DNA from: the human T2T-CHM13v2.0 reference genome, Homo sapiens
NCBI RefSeq assembly: GCF_009914755.1
Contig: NC_060935.1
Direction: 5' to 3' (one strand)
Length of the DNA: 64,000 nucleotides
The notes beneath the pieces are model-generated. The model had not been told where the DNA came from. It saw only the letters and a list, made by a program, of their open reading frames with translations, and ran no database searches. Below, piece by piece: positions 39,371 through 56,705 of this stretch (its first letter is position 1; every line of letters starts with the position of its first letter). The position numbers and the translations under genes were made by a program.

Positions 39371-41995
39371 TGGCTTTCAGATATTGGTAACCACACCATT
39401 TATCCCGCATACATTAATCTCTTTGATCAAGAAGTGACTGTATCATTCCCTAAAATTATGAGGCTCAAGGTATATCTCAAGAGAAAGCACAGCACTCTCA
39501 ACCAACCCTCTGAAATGGTTACACAGGAAAGTATGAGAGCCCATATATGTAAGACATGCCTCAGAAAAAGAGCAGAAGCAAACACAAAATGCACAAGAAA
39601 GACACAGGAGAAACAATATCAACAACACTGCAACATAGAGTGATTAACTCAATCAAGAAGGAACAAATGAGCTCCATTTGCATTGTGTATGTTTTTGTGG
39701 GAAATAATGAAATTTTGTAGTGTGCTAGTTAATCAGGATCCTACAAAGCCTGACAATTCCAAGAGGAGAGGGAAAAAAGGAGGAAGGAGAGAGGAACCTG
39801 CTCTTCATGAAATAACACTAGATGCAATTTTTTATCAACTGCCCTCAGTGTTTCTCTTATTGGATGGCACTGTGTACATTTCAAGTTATTATCAGACTTG
39901 GATGTTCACTGTCTGCAAGGGCTGTGCCCAGGGTCTGTTCCTGCTGTTTTAATCATTATTACATAAGGAAAGAAGCAAGAATCCCAGTACATCATCCCTT
40001 ACCAGTCTGTGTCCTAAAGCCCTCTCTGAGGCAATTTATGGAAATCACTTCTCTTCAATTATGTCCTGTTCCTTTGGTACAAGCCCAGCGGTGAGTCAAC
40101 AAAGTTTTTCTTGTTCACTGATTCAGCAGCAGAGGACATTTAATCAGTGGTGCTCACTTCTTTGGGGAAAGGAGAGTAACACCGTGTCATAAGCAAAAAC
40201 CCCTTACTATGAAAGTTTCTGGATAACTCAGCTACTTCCATGTCCCAGCAAATGGCCCAAGTAATCAGTCTTCTCAACCAAGTCCCTACAGTGAAAAAGC
40301 GTCAAGGCAGTAATCAGTTCCTAACAGGGAATTACCTGGTTATGCACTGTTTACATGACAATAAGAAGAAAGGACTTCTTTTAAAAAGTTTTATGATCAC
40401 ATAGTACTTTAGAATTGAAAAAGGACCTTTAGGAATATTAAACCTCAAAACAGCTCAGAGAAGTACACAGGAAAAAAGATACTGTTGTATCAATTTTATG
40501 GATATGGAAACCAAAATATAGAGGAATATACTTTACTTACTCAAGCTATATAACAACTAAGTAACAGAGCCAGGCTTCCATTGTATATCTCCACAAGAAA
40601 CTCATGCATTCATTCACTTCATAAACTTTGACTGACCTGTTAAGTTTTTGCCACTGCTTAGGTGCTGGAAATACAAGTTTTATCCAAAATTATATTACTT
40701 GTACCAGTTCACATTCTGATATCTTTTCGGGAGTACAATAAGAAAGGGTAAAGTCAACATGTTGATAATTGCTTAACACGGTTTGTTGGAATGGTAATTG
40801 CTTAACACAGTTTGTTGGAATACATCATGTGTGTAACAGAATAAAAGAATACTGAGAGTAATCGACACATAAACAGGTAATTTACAGGAGAAATCTTAAA
40901 GGACAAATGGCCAATTCTACCTGGTAGAAACTAAAGAATTAAAAATAAAAATGGCATTCCAGCATAGATGGCATATTTGAGCCAGGCTTCGAAATATCAG
41001 TATCAGTGAGTAATAGGTTCTAATGGTGAGAGGGAAGAATGTGATGAGAGGCATGGAGATCCAGAAACTCACAGGCAAGTATTTTCAAGGACACCATTTA
41101 CCTCCTTTGCTTAATACTGTGATGTTTTCCCTAAACTTCAGGGATTTTTCCTATGGTCCTTAAACATCATTTTCTTCCATACCTCTTTCATTAATTTTGA
41201 TTTCTATTTCTTTATCCCTAACTTAAAAAGTATTAAAACTACAACCAAGAAAACTTATCTAACTTCAGAACTACTCATTAAAATCTAATATAGCAGTATC
41301 CCAATAATTCCAGAAATCTGGAAAACAAAAGTAAATATCCCTGAAGAGGGTATGTCTGTGTATATATTTGCATAAATATATTATTTTCCTTTGGTAATAA
41401 GCTACCAAGAAATTAAAGTGAATATAATCCCTCGTATGATTGTAAATATTAGACAGATTATGATTCACGTTTTGTCGCTAAAGACTGAGGACTGAATCCA
41501 CTCCTATTTGTACTATGTAAATAGAAGGATCTGATACCTCTTTGGTAAAGGCATGAAAACTTCCCATTATTGTGCTTTGTGTACTCGCTCAGATTAATCC
41601 AATTCCATAACGTTTCAAACCATATAATTTATAGTATTCATGAAGTTTTATTATTCATTCAGGAATTATGTCTTCAGAACATGTTATGCACAAGGCATGA
41701 ATTTGGGCACTGTCATGGCACAATTTCACACACCAAAAATACTTTCAACATCTTCAGCTCACCCTTTGGGTAATAAGATCAAGCACAAATAAACATATTC
41801 ATTTAGTACCTATCACGTATTATTTGTTTCACCAAGAATCCGCTTTGGGTAAGGACATGCCCTGTATTAATCAAACACCCCTGACTAACTCTCAGTGATA
41901 GACATTTAAATATTCACTACCCTTAATGGTTAAAAAATTCCTTCATCATGATAAATATTATACATGGTCTCCTGTCAGTATAGTGAGTTTTATAT

Positions 41996-42513
41996 CTACA
42001 GTTTTCAAACTCTGTACCTTCAGGACTCCTTTGCAGTCCTAAAAATTATTGAGGGATCCCCCAAAATCTTTTGCTAGTGTACATTTTACCTATCTACATT
42101 TACTATATTATAAATTAAGGCTGAAAAATGTAAGTATTTATGTATAAATTCATTTAAAATAACAATAAACCCATTACATGTTTATGTAATTATACTTATG
42201 AAATTGATATATTTTCCAAACAAAGAAGTAATTAGTAAGAAAAGTGACTTTTCTTAGTTTTGCATACTCCTTTCGTGACTAAATTAATAGACACCAATCT
42301 AATTCTCATATCTGCCTTCTTACACAAGCTGTTGCAATAACACACATTACATTACCTCTGGAAAAACACCTCTGTATCCTTGTGAGAAAAAGACAGTGAA
42401 AAGGCAAATAATGCCTCAGTATTATTAAGAAAATATTTTTGATCTTCTGGATCCACCATAAAAAAAATGTATAGACTCCAGGGAATCCCTGAACCACAGG
42501 TCGAGAACCACTG
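41996..42513 (-). mobile_element. Charlie4a/MER80-like hAT fossil
   Basis: ttctcatatctgc...aaaggcaaataatgcctcagtattatt...gagaaccactg terminus. Confidence 0.65.
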
Positions 42514-42699
42514 TTTTAGATGCTAAACCTAGCAAGATTAGGACTATTTCTGTTTGAAGCATAAAGGATCATATTCCCCAAGATGCTCTTGCTATCTAAT
42601 GTTTCTATTTATGGGCAGTCATGCTGATGATTCCTTGCAGGTAGGCTGCTTGTTATTACAGGGCTTTGGCAAATTCTTTTCATTTTGCCCTCAATGCTC

Positions 42700-43700
42700 T
42701 TCCTTGCCCTTTTATGCTCAACACCTACTTCAAATCTTTACTTTCTTGTGATACTTAGGGGACATTTTCCTGAGTCCCCTTCTGCAAACCAGGTCAAATT
42801 CCTTAACTGTCCTACCATATTCTTCTCCTTCAAAGTATTTATCATAGTTCCACTTTCAAGATTCACTTCCCTGATTTATTTATTAATATCAGTCTGTATA
42901 GCTAGGATATAAGCCTTCTGAAGGTAGGACTCTATTATAATTTTTGTTTACTTGTTTGCTTTTGCTTATCATTATATTCTTAGCACCCAGCAGCAATGAA
43001 TATGTAGTTGATAAATGATGAATGAATAAATGAATGCAAGTATGCCCATCACGAAGGGCATGGATTCAAAGTTGAACAAGCCTGAGTTCAGATCCTTTAT
43101 CACTAATGAGCTGAGTCACCTTGGACAACTTGATTTTCTTCTCTGAGCCTCAGTTTTTTTTCACACATAAAGAGAAGACAACAATAATTATTCCATTTAT
43201 ACAGCAAATAACAATTTAATGCGTCTATTTTCCCAATACTGTGTTAGGAGGTTGGGATTTGGTGATTAAAAGTTGGAATAATTCATTACCACCTTGAGTT
43301 TATGTTCTCACTAAGGAAACAGACAAGATTCAAGTAAATAGACAAATATAATATCTACAAATTCTGATAAGTGTGCTAGTTATGAAATATACACATAAGG
43401 GCCTAGGATAGTCTAGCAAGAAGGGAGAGTACCTACATTAGACAGAGTGGTGAGGGGTAACATCTCTGGAGAATGGATCTTTAAGCTGGGACCCAAAAGT
43501 TGAGAAGGATTTTATGGGAGAAGGAATTTTAGGCAGGGGAAATAATATCAGTGAATTCCTTATGTGTGGAAAAAGTTTTCAAGGAGTTAAAAGAAGACTG
43601 CAGTGTACTGAGTATGAGAGTGTGGCACGAAATGAGTTTGGAGAGATAGTTAGGGAAACAATTATGCAGAATCTGTGGGCTGCCTGCTAAGGATACCATG
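42700..43700. repeat. Cluster of L2 and MIR fragments
   Basis: L2 tail (aatgatgaatgaataaatgaatg), MIR core (ctctgagcctcagttt), antisense L2. Confidence 0.6.
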
Positions 43701-44243
43701 AGAGTCAACTAAGAAAATGCATGTGAAAGTACTTTGAAGAGGTAGCTGGTGCCTGAGGAATGCTCACTAAATGGAAGTTATTAGGGTCACAACGATCTCT
43801 TCACCAATAATCCCAAGAAAACAGCAAATGGATAACAAGGTAGAATTGACACAGTCTTCTGAAAAGGTGGCTTGGACTCTACGTAGAGAAAATCTTGGCT
43901 TGATGAGGTCTCTAGAGCATTGAATTTTGCCAAAGTAACTAGTGATCTTTCCACTTAAAGGTAGCCATTAATAAAAAAAAAATCTTGGGAGAGATATTAT
44001 AATGCTTAAGTTTTTTTTTCTTTTATTTATTTATTTATTTATTTATTAAAGTTTTAGGGTACATGTGCACATTGTGCAGGTTAGTTACATATGTATACAT
44101 GTGCCATGCTGGTGCGCTGCACCCAAAAACTCGTCATCTAGCATTAGGTATATCTCCCAATGCTATCCCTCCCTCCTCCCCCCACCCCACAACAGTCCCC
44201 AGAGTGTGATATTCCCCTTCCTGTGTCCATGTGATTTCATTGT

Positions 44244-48062
<3,819 letters not shown>

Positions 48063-48125
48063 TATGATGTTAGCTGGTTATTTTGCTCGTTAGTTGATGC
48101 AGTTTCTTCCTAGTCTGGATGGTCT

Positions 48126-49142
48126 TTACATTTTGGCATGATTTTGCAGCGGCTGGTACCGGTTGTTCCTTTCCATGTTTAGTGCTTCCTTCAGGAGCTC
48201 TTTTAGGGCAGGCCTGGTGGTGACAAAATCTCTCAGCATTTGCTTGTCTGTAAAGTATTTTATTTCTCCTTCGCTTATAAAGCTTAGTTTGGCTGGATAT
48301 GAAATTCTGGGTTGAAAATTCTTGTCTTTAAGAATGTTGAATATTGGTCCCCACTCTCTTCTGGCTTGTAGGGTTTCTGCCGAGAAATCCACTGTTAGTC
48401 TGATGGGCTTCCCTTTGAGGGTAACCCGACCTTTCTCTCTGGCTGCCCTTAACATTTTTTCCTTCATTTCAACTTTGGTGAATCTGACAATTATGTGTCT
48501 TGGAGTTGCTCTTCTCGAGGAGTATCTTTGTGGCATTCTCTGTATTTCCTGAATCTGAACGTTGGCCTGCCTTGCTAGATTGGGGAAGTTCTCCTGGATA
48601 ATATCCTGCAGAGTGTTTTCCAACTTGGTTCCATTCTCCCCATCACTTTCAGGTACCCCAATCAGACGTAGATTTGGTCTTTTCACATAGTCCCATATTT
48701 CTTGGAGGCTTTGCTCATTTCTTTTTATTCTTTTCTCTCTAAACTTCCCTTCTCGCTTCATTTCATTCATTTCATCTTCCATCGCTGATACCCTTTCTTC
48801 CAGCTGATCGCATTGGCTCCTGAGGCTTCTGCATTCTTCACGTAGTTCTCGAGACTTGGTTTTCAGCTCCATCAGCTCCTTTAAGCACTTCTCTGTATTG
48901 ATTATTCTGTTTATACATTCTTCTAAATTTTTTTCAAAGTTTTCGACTTCTTTGCCTTTGGTTTGGATGTCCTCCCGTAGCTCAGAGTAATTTGATCGTC
49001 TGAAGTCTTCTTCTCTCAGCTCATCAAAGTCATTCTCCAACCAGCTTTTTTCCGTTGCTGGTGAGGAACTGCCTTCCTTTGGAGGAGGAGAGGCGCTCTG
49101 CGTTTTAGAGTTTCCAGTTTTTCTGTTCTGTTTTTTCCCCAT
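48126..49142 (-). CDS. ORF1: L1 ORF1p RNA-binding/chaperone protein, intact 338 aa
   Basis: MGKKQNRK...NHAKM, canonical length; REKG, ARR and YPAKLS motifs intact. Confidence 0.93.
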   Translation of the reverse strand: MGKKQNRKTGNSKTQSASPPPKEGSSSPATEKSWLENDFDELREEDFRRSNYSELREDIQTKGKEVENFEKNLEECINRIINTEKCLKELMELKTKSRELREECRSLRSQCDQLEERVSAMEDEMNEMKREGKFREKRIKRNEQSLQEIWDYVKRPNLRLIGVPESDGENGTKLENTLQDIIQENFPNLARQANVQIQEIQRMPQRYSSRRATPRHIIVRFTKVEMKEKMLRAAREKGRVTLKGKPIRLTVDFSAETLQARREWGPIFNILKDKNFQPRISYPAKLSFISEGEIKYFTDKQMLRDFVTTRPALKELLKEALNMERNNRYQPLQNHAKM

Positions 49143-50045
49143 CTTTGTGGTTTTATCTACTTTTGGTCTTGATGATGGTGATGTACAGATGGGTTTTCGG
49201 TGTGGATGTCCTTTCTGTTTGTTAGTTTTCCTTCTAACAGACAGGACCCTCAGCTGCAGGTCTGTTGGAATACCCTGCTGTGTGAGATGTCAGTGTGCCC
49301 CTGCTGGGGGGTGCCTCCCAGTTATGCTGCTCGGGGGTCAGGGGTCAGGGACCCACTTGAGGAGGCAGTCTGCCCGTTCTCAGATCTCCAGCTGCGTGCT
49401 AGGAGAACCACTGCTCTCTTCAAAGCTGTCAGACAGGGACATTTAAGTCTGCAGAGGTTACTGCTGTCTTTTTGTTTGTCTGTGCCGTGCCCCCAGAGGT
49501 GGAGCCTACAGAGGCAGGCAGGCCTCCTTGAGCTGTGGTGGGCTCCACCCAGTTGGAGCTTCCTGGCTGCTTTGTTTACCTAAGCAAGCCTGGGCAATGG
49601 CGGGCGCCCCTCCCCCAGCCTCGCTGCCACCTTGCAGTTTGATCTCAGCCTGCTGTGCTAGCAATCAGCGAGACTCCGTGGGCGTAGGACCCTCCGAGCC
49701 AGGTGCAGGATATAATCTCGTGGTGCGCCATTTTTCAAGCCCGGAAAAGCGCAGTATTCGGGTGGGAGTGACCCGATTTTCCAGGTGCTGTCCATCACCC
49801 CTTTCTTTGACTCGGAAAGGGAACTCTCTGACCCCTCGCACTTCCCAAGTGAGGCAATGCCTCGCCCTGCTTCGGCTCGCGCATGGTGCGTGCACCCACT
49901 GACCTGCGCCCACTGTCTGGCACTTCCTAGTGAGATGAACCCGGTACCTCAGATGGAAATGCAGAAATCATCGTCTTCTGCGTCGCTCACGCTGGGAGCT
50001 GTAGACCGGAGCTGTTCCTATTCGGCCATCTTGGCTACTCCCTCC
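49143..50045 (-). promoter_or_regulatory. L1 5'UTR with internal sense promoter and antisense promoter
   Basis: YY1 site CAAGATGGC intact (50025-50033 on the minus strand); CpG-rich. Confidence 0.85.
49597..49902 (+). CDS. ORF0: L1 ORF0 (antisense 5'UTR ORF), C-terminally extended, 101 aa
   Basis: MAGAPPPASLPPCSLIS... from ATG 49597 in good Kozak context (GCAATGG); expression not shown. Confidence 0.6.
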   Translation: MAGAPPPASLPPCSLISACCASNQRDSVGVGPSEPGAGYNLVVRHFSSPEKRSIRVGVTRFSRCCPSPLSLTRKGNSLTPRTSQVRQCLALLRLAHGACTH

Positions 50046-50569
50046 ATAATGCTTAAGTTAATATCTCACAAACCTAGCCTCTACACACACACACAAATTT
50101 GTGTTTTATTTTTGTTGTTGTTTCATTTGTTTTGCTTTATAATTAAGATGAAATGTTTCTTCCTATCTTCAGCCTCCAAAATTCTAGGCTGCAGGTGCCT
50201 TCTTCTGCCAAGTATACTGTTTTAAAAATGGGCACATTAAATATGCATTTGCTATTGAGTTTCTGAGATTGCTTAGGGACTATTTCTTTTCAGAATAAAT
50301 CACTTTCAACAGCATATTTAATATGAGATGAGAGTATCTCTCTTACTCATCAAAGTCATAATTTTTTAAAAAGTCTGGAATTATCCTGCAGGTATTCTCA
50401 GCTATACTCTTCTGTTGTTGGGTATTTTATCAAACTAGGGACATATTTTTCTTGAGATATTATGTTTGAATCCTTGATATTTTGCCCCATTGATTTGACA
50501 GTGATTGGGTGACAGATGTACATCAATTGCATTATAATTGCCTTCACCTCTGGCTTCCACTCTTTCCCT

Positions 50570-50995
50570 TCTTTCTAATCATGGAGAATAAATGTCAAGA
50601 TAGACAAAGTTGTAGTAAGAAATAACACCAAAATGTGTATTTTCATGTAGTAACAAATAACCCCAAAATATAAATATTTCTAATATTAACTCAATAGTTT
50701 ACTTCTCATCTATGAGTCCATCACAGACTGGCTGCACTCTACTTCCCATTGTTTTTACCCTGGAAGCCAAGTTGACTAAGCAGCCTTCATCTGGAACATT
50801 GCTGCTCTTGTGGCGGAGGCTAAAAAGAGCACAGGGATCCATGACTTGACTCTTAAAGGTATTACTCAGCAGTAACATGTCAATCTCACTCACATTAATT
50901 GACCAAAGCAAATTATATGGACACACCTGAAATCAATGGGGAGGGAAGTATAATCTTCTTATAAAAAGGGGTAGTAAGTATCAGCGAGCAGTAAA
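50570..50995 (-). repeat. Old MaLR LTR (MLT1J-like)
   Basis: gtaacaaataacccc...atctggaacattgctg...ttgaccaaagcaaattatatgg. Confidence 0.55.
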
Positions 50996-51188
50996 GTAGC
51001 ATAGCATAGGCTGGCTGCACCAAAGAATAGTCTATGCTTTCTGGAGGGAGAAAATGAAAAAAGATGTGGGCTTTGGAAACTTTAAGACCTAAATTTGAAT
51101 CCTGGCTTTACTCCATAGTAACTACTTTATCTCAGACTAACAACTTCCACTTTTTGGTTCTCTGTTTCCTCATCAGAAATATGGTGAT

Positions 51189-51882
51189 ACAGCAGTCAGA
51201 ATGTCTAATATCAAAAAGCCATAGAGCAACAAATGTTGGTGAGGCTGTACAGAAAGGGGAATATTTATATACTGTGGATGAGAATGTAAATTAGTTTAGC
51301 CAATATGGAAAGCAATTTGGAGATTTCTTAAATAACTCAAAACAGAACTACCATTCTACCCAGCAATCCCATTATGGAGTATATATCCAAAAGAAAATAA
51401 ATTATTCTACCAAAAAGATACACGCACTCAAATGTTCATCACAGTATTATTCAGAATAGCTAAGACATGGAATCAACCTAGGTGCCATATATGGTGGATA
51501 TGTTAAAGAAAATGTGGTACATATACACCACGGAATACTATGCAGCCACTTTAAAAAACAAAATCATGTCCTTTGCAGCAACATGGATGCAGCTGGAGGC
51601 CATTATCCTAAGTGAATTAACACAAAAATGGAAAAATAAATATTTCATGTTATCACTTATAAGTGGGAGCTAATCATTGGGTACACGTTGACATAAAGAT
51701 GCCAGCAATAGACAGCGGAGGCTACTAGAGGTGGGAGGGAGGGAGAAGGGCAAGGATTAAAAAAACTGTTGAGTATTATGCTCAGTACTTGAGTGATAGG
51801 CTCTTTCATACGCCAAACTTCAGCATCATGCAATACACCCCAATATATACATGTACCCACTGAATCCAGATGTTGAAAAAAT
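51189..51882 (+). mobile_element. 5'-truncated L1PB (PB4-like) inserted into a MIR
   Basis: ORF2 end peptide KMWYIYTTEYY..SFAATWMQLE; TSD GAAATATGGTGAT at 51176-51188 and 51883-51895; MIR halves at ~51065-51188 and ~51896-51960. Confidence 0.9.
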
Positions 51883-52359
51883 GAAATATGGTGATTATAA
51901 TAGAGCCTCAAAGGACTATTGCAAAAATCAGAAACAATGTGTATAAAGAACAACATCTAATCCATATAATTGTTCCATCTATTTTAGTATTTTTTCTAGA
52001 ATTGCTGAACCTGTTTCCTCCATTCTGGTTCTGCATAAAATCCATTGCAACCTGACTTATTGCAACCATTCTATGGGTTTTTTTTTAAAGAAATAGTTAC
52101 CACTTACCTGGCAAAAGGACACATCTTAGTTCTTAGCCTCCTAAACTTACCATTTAGCATCATTAACCACACCTATGCTGAAATTCTTTCCTCTCTCTCC
52201 AAAGCTCTGCTGTTTGTTATTTCTCTTTCTACCTCCCCAACCACTCTCCTTCCCACTCTTCTTCTTTTACCTTCTCAAGAATTTAGCACTGACTTCACCT
52301 AGGGTTCCAACCTGAGCTCTCTTCTTTCTACACTTTTCACTTCTGAGACATACAGCATT

Positions 52360-52575
52360 CGTAAGAGAAAAGGTTTCAGTGTCAGGGAGTCCCAGGTCTT
52401 AGTCTGACCTCTGCTACTTATCCCGTGTGGCCTAAGTCACCATTTCTTCATTAGCAAAATCAGGATACTACGACCTACACCTCAAAGACTTGCTGGCAAT
52501 ATTAAATGAGAAAATCTACATGTAGTGTCTAGCTTTGTGCTTAGAACATAACAAGCATGCAATACATTTTAGTTA
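52360..52575 (+). repeat. MIR
   Basis: ctctgctactta...attaaatgagaaaatctacatg...gcttagaacata. Confidence 0.6.
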
Positions 52576-52839
52576 CCTCTTCTATCCGTACCTGCCTTTG
52601 AAAATCTGCAAATACCATCACTTGATGGAGAAGGTGCTCACAATCATAGCTACTGCCTCTTTTACTTAAGCATTTCAGGAGGAATGCTTTTTGCAGTAAG
52701 TATCATCAGCATTTACTGAAAATTCCACTATCTTAAGCCCACTTTAAGTCTGAAAGGTAAAGGTATAATGTAACACAAAGGAACATATCAACAATTAGAT
52801 TTATCACAGATCCTAATATAGCACAATTTCCACACTATA

Positions 52840-53095
52840 ATGAAGCAGTTAAGAGTCTGGGATTTAGAGATAAACTACTTTGGTTTTATTATTTGTTTGC
52901 AACTTCCTAATTTTGTAACAAAGAACAAGTCACTTAATTCCTCTTCATATAATTTTTCACATCTGTAAAATGGAAATAATAATGGTGGTAATCCCATCAA
53001 AGTATTCAGAGGATTCAATTTGTGAATACAAGCAAAGTGCATGAAAAGTACTTGGCCCTTGATAAACATTCAGTCAGTATTAGCTATAATAATTA
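52840..53095 (+). repeat. MIR
   Basis: caagtcacttaa...catctgtaaaatggaaataataat. Confidence 0.75.
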
Positions 53096-54639
53096 TTACT
53101 GATAAAATTATATTGCTGAAGAGAGCTTTTGCATTGCCTATTGAAACATAACATATGACTCCTAGGAGCCACACTCATCCCTCAATAAAGACTGCTGTGT
53201 GTTCCACCTTTCCTCTTTTTCACTTTCTCTGCCAGAAACTCTAGGATGGCAGTGTATTTGCTCCTGGCCTCTCAGGGGTATCAGAAGGATTCATGAGATA
53301 ACATCCATAAAGCACTTTGAGCTCTCTGGAAGCAAGGTGTTTGATAAAAAAAAAGTTATTACTATTGTCAGTGATATCTTATATTACTCTAGCCCTTCTC
53401 AACCCAGAGGGATCTTCCAGTGGTTTGCAAAACTTGAAGCACAAACAAGAATCATTCAACAATAGCTGAGATGAAGCAGTCACTGCTCATATAGCCACTG
53501 ATTCTTAAGAGCCTCTAGCAATCTAAATCCACTGGTTCCATCAGGGGCATAAAATGCACTTGAAATTGGTTCAATGGGAGCTTAGAGATATAAAATACTC
53601 AAGGGTCAGTCCATTGAGTAGAGCAAGGAGCTGACATTGGTTCAGACACTCAAAATATGTGTTAAACATAAGTTAAGGAAAACCAGCACATCAGTTTCCA
53701 AACTGGAGAAGGACGGGGCAGGGCTCCAGGTGGAATTCCCCTGTGGTTCCCTGGTCCATATTCTGACAATCATATCTGGAAAGTATACTCTCTGTAAAAC
53801 AAACAGTGCCTTTTAGACAGTCCACACTTTTTTTAAGAAAAAATGCTTGCAAACACTTCCCTGGTACTTCAAAATAAATCCTGCCAAAGCACAGCCTTAT
53901 TTCAGAAATCAGTCTAAAGTACTTTGAATCCAACTTTGAATCCGAGCTTACCTATCTGGACTGCCCACTTTGCTCTGGCTTGACCTCTTACTGGGTCCAC
54001 TAATTCTGCCTTGTCCAATACAAAGAATCCTACCAAAGCCATCCTACTAACCAAACCTTGGCCAATCACTCCAGCCAGTGACATAATTCTGAAATGTGGT
54101 TCTCTGTCATGCAACTCTTGCACAGCCCATTGATATTCAATCAATGTAAGCCAAACTTCAGACCAAGTGGCAAACTGCTGGTTTGTGCTGTCCCCTTTCA
54201 CCTGTGACCTGCAGGTAAGGCATCTACTATAAAACACCGTACAGGAATATCTTACATCACATAACTTAAAGCAGTCCATTAATATCAAATGAGAGTAAGT
54301 CAAATGTTTGCAGCCAAATGTATCCTATCCTATCAATCTAAAGAATCATTTCAAGAAAATCAGTCAACTTTTAACTTTATGTCCTGATTCTATCTGCCTC
54401 ATTAAACCTGCCTTCTCATATCTGTGCTACAAAGAATTTTTGGAAATACCCTAAAAATGTTGTGGGAGAAACACAATGAACTAGTACTTCTACAACACTT
54501 TTTAAAATAATCTGTTAAAGTAGAATAATTTTAAAGTTTGGAAATAAAATATAATGAAGTGAAAAAGCAACAGATGGGGTTAGTGTAGATTACATTTAGA
54601 CACAACATAATATTTGAGTAAAAATTATTCAGATATTTG

Positions 54640-55500
54640 TATTATTTACCACACCACAAATAAGTCCATTGAGATGTGAGATTTCAAAAAAAAAAAAAGC
54701 ATTAAAAATACTGGAATAAAATACTAGAGGATTACTTTATGATCTCAAGATAGATATGGACAATCTTAGTGTGACATTAAGCCTAGAGACTATATAGAAA
54801 ACTACTTAGATTATATAAAAATATTTAAATGTTTCTGCATAAAATAATAAAACCATAGGCCATTAAAATGTGAAAGCAAAATAAAAAAATGTGGGAAGCT
54901 TTTTGCAATTTATATCAAAGACAAACGTTAGGCATCATTAGAGGCATTGCATTAAACCATTTCTACAAGATAAGAAAAATTATAAAAATCAAATCTATAA
55001 AACCATAGATTTGTAGAAGATGGAATACAACAGAAATATAAGATCTTTAACCTCATTGAAAAATAAAGTCTATGTAAGTTAAAACAACAATGAGGGACCA
55101 TTTGGAAAGGGGAAAAGGCATTCATATAAAGAGTTGGTAAGAACACAACTTGATACAATATTTTTCAAGATAATTTCCCAATATCAAAATTTACAGGGGT
55201 ATATTATTTGCAGTAGCAACTTCAATTTCAGTAATCTATTTCAAACATATGCTTATATACATATATAAGAATTGAGGAAAATATTCTTATTGAAGAAATA
55301 TTTGAAATAGAGTAAAATGGGATACATGTGTTTATAAAATAATTTTAAAAGATATAAACCAAAATGTTGCCTGTTGTTACCTTTGGGGCATGGGATAGCA
55401 GCACTTAGTCACTTTCGGCTTTTTAAACTTCTTTTGGTTCCAAATTTTTATTAGAAGCATGCACAGTCTTCTGAAAATCAATAAAAAACACATAAATAAA
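54640..55500 (+). repeat. Very old L1 (L1ME-type) fragments
   Basis: A-rich decayed ORF2 3' sequence (taaaacaacaatgagg...ccaaaatgtt). Confidence 0.4.
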
Positions 55501-56269
55501 ATCAAAGAAAAATAAATGGGGGTGATAGAACACAATGACATGATACGTGGACATGACAATATTTGAAATAATATGTTAGATATCTAAAAATAATTACTTT
55601 GAAAATTTCTATTGAAATCCATTATCAGTAGTTAACTATGAAGGTGAGATTATGGTGAGGTTTTATCATACTAGTTTAGATTTTTTAAAGTATATTGTTT
55701 GATTATTTTATAGGATCTCAACATTAGGAAATACAATACAGTGTTACCATTAATATTGTTCCAGACCCAATCTCAGCACTGTGTTGGCCATGATGACTGA
55801 AAAGTTGTGGGTGAACCAGGAGCAGCTCCTAACCTTGCTATACCCAAATCTCCTTGTTAAGATCACAGTGATGTCAGCCTCTTACTGAATTGATGAGACT
55901 TAAGGGTGAATTGGAAACAGTGCCTTGGCTTATTCCTAAAGCACATAATATAAAAATATTAAATAACTTGCAACTGAACAGAAGGCGTAGTAGAGCTATC
56001 CAATCTTCCCAGTCCATTTGAAGTTCCCAATTCTTCAGGATTTAATGTTCACTCATGCAAGTAATTGTGACTTATTTTAATGCATCATTGAGTTTTATTC
56101 AGTTGCCAAGGCTTAGATGAGTTATCTCTATCTTTGGGAAGCTTCTCCAGTTTTCCCCATCAACCTCACCCCAAGCCAGGTTAGATGCTCCTCATATATA
56201 CATTTCAAACTCTGTATAGACCTTTCCTATTCATGGATTCAGTTTGTTAGGTAGACTTTCTTTCCTTCA

Positions 56270-56705
<436 letters not shown>

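Noticed and set aside
53914-54303. 129-aa minus-strand ORF
   Set aside because: Non-ATG start and no recognisable protein family.
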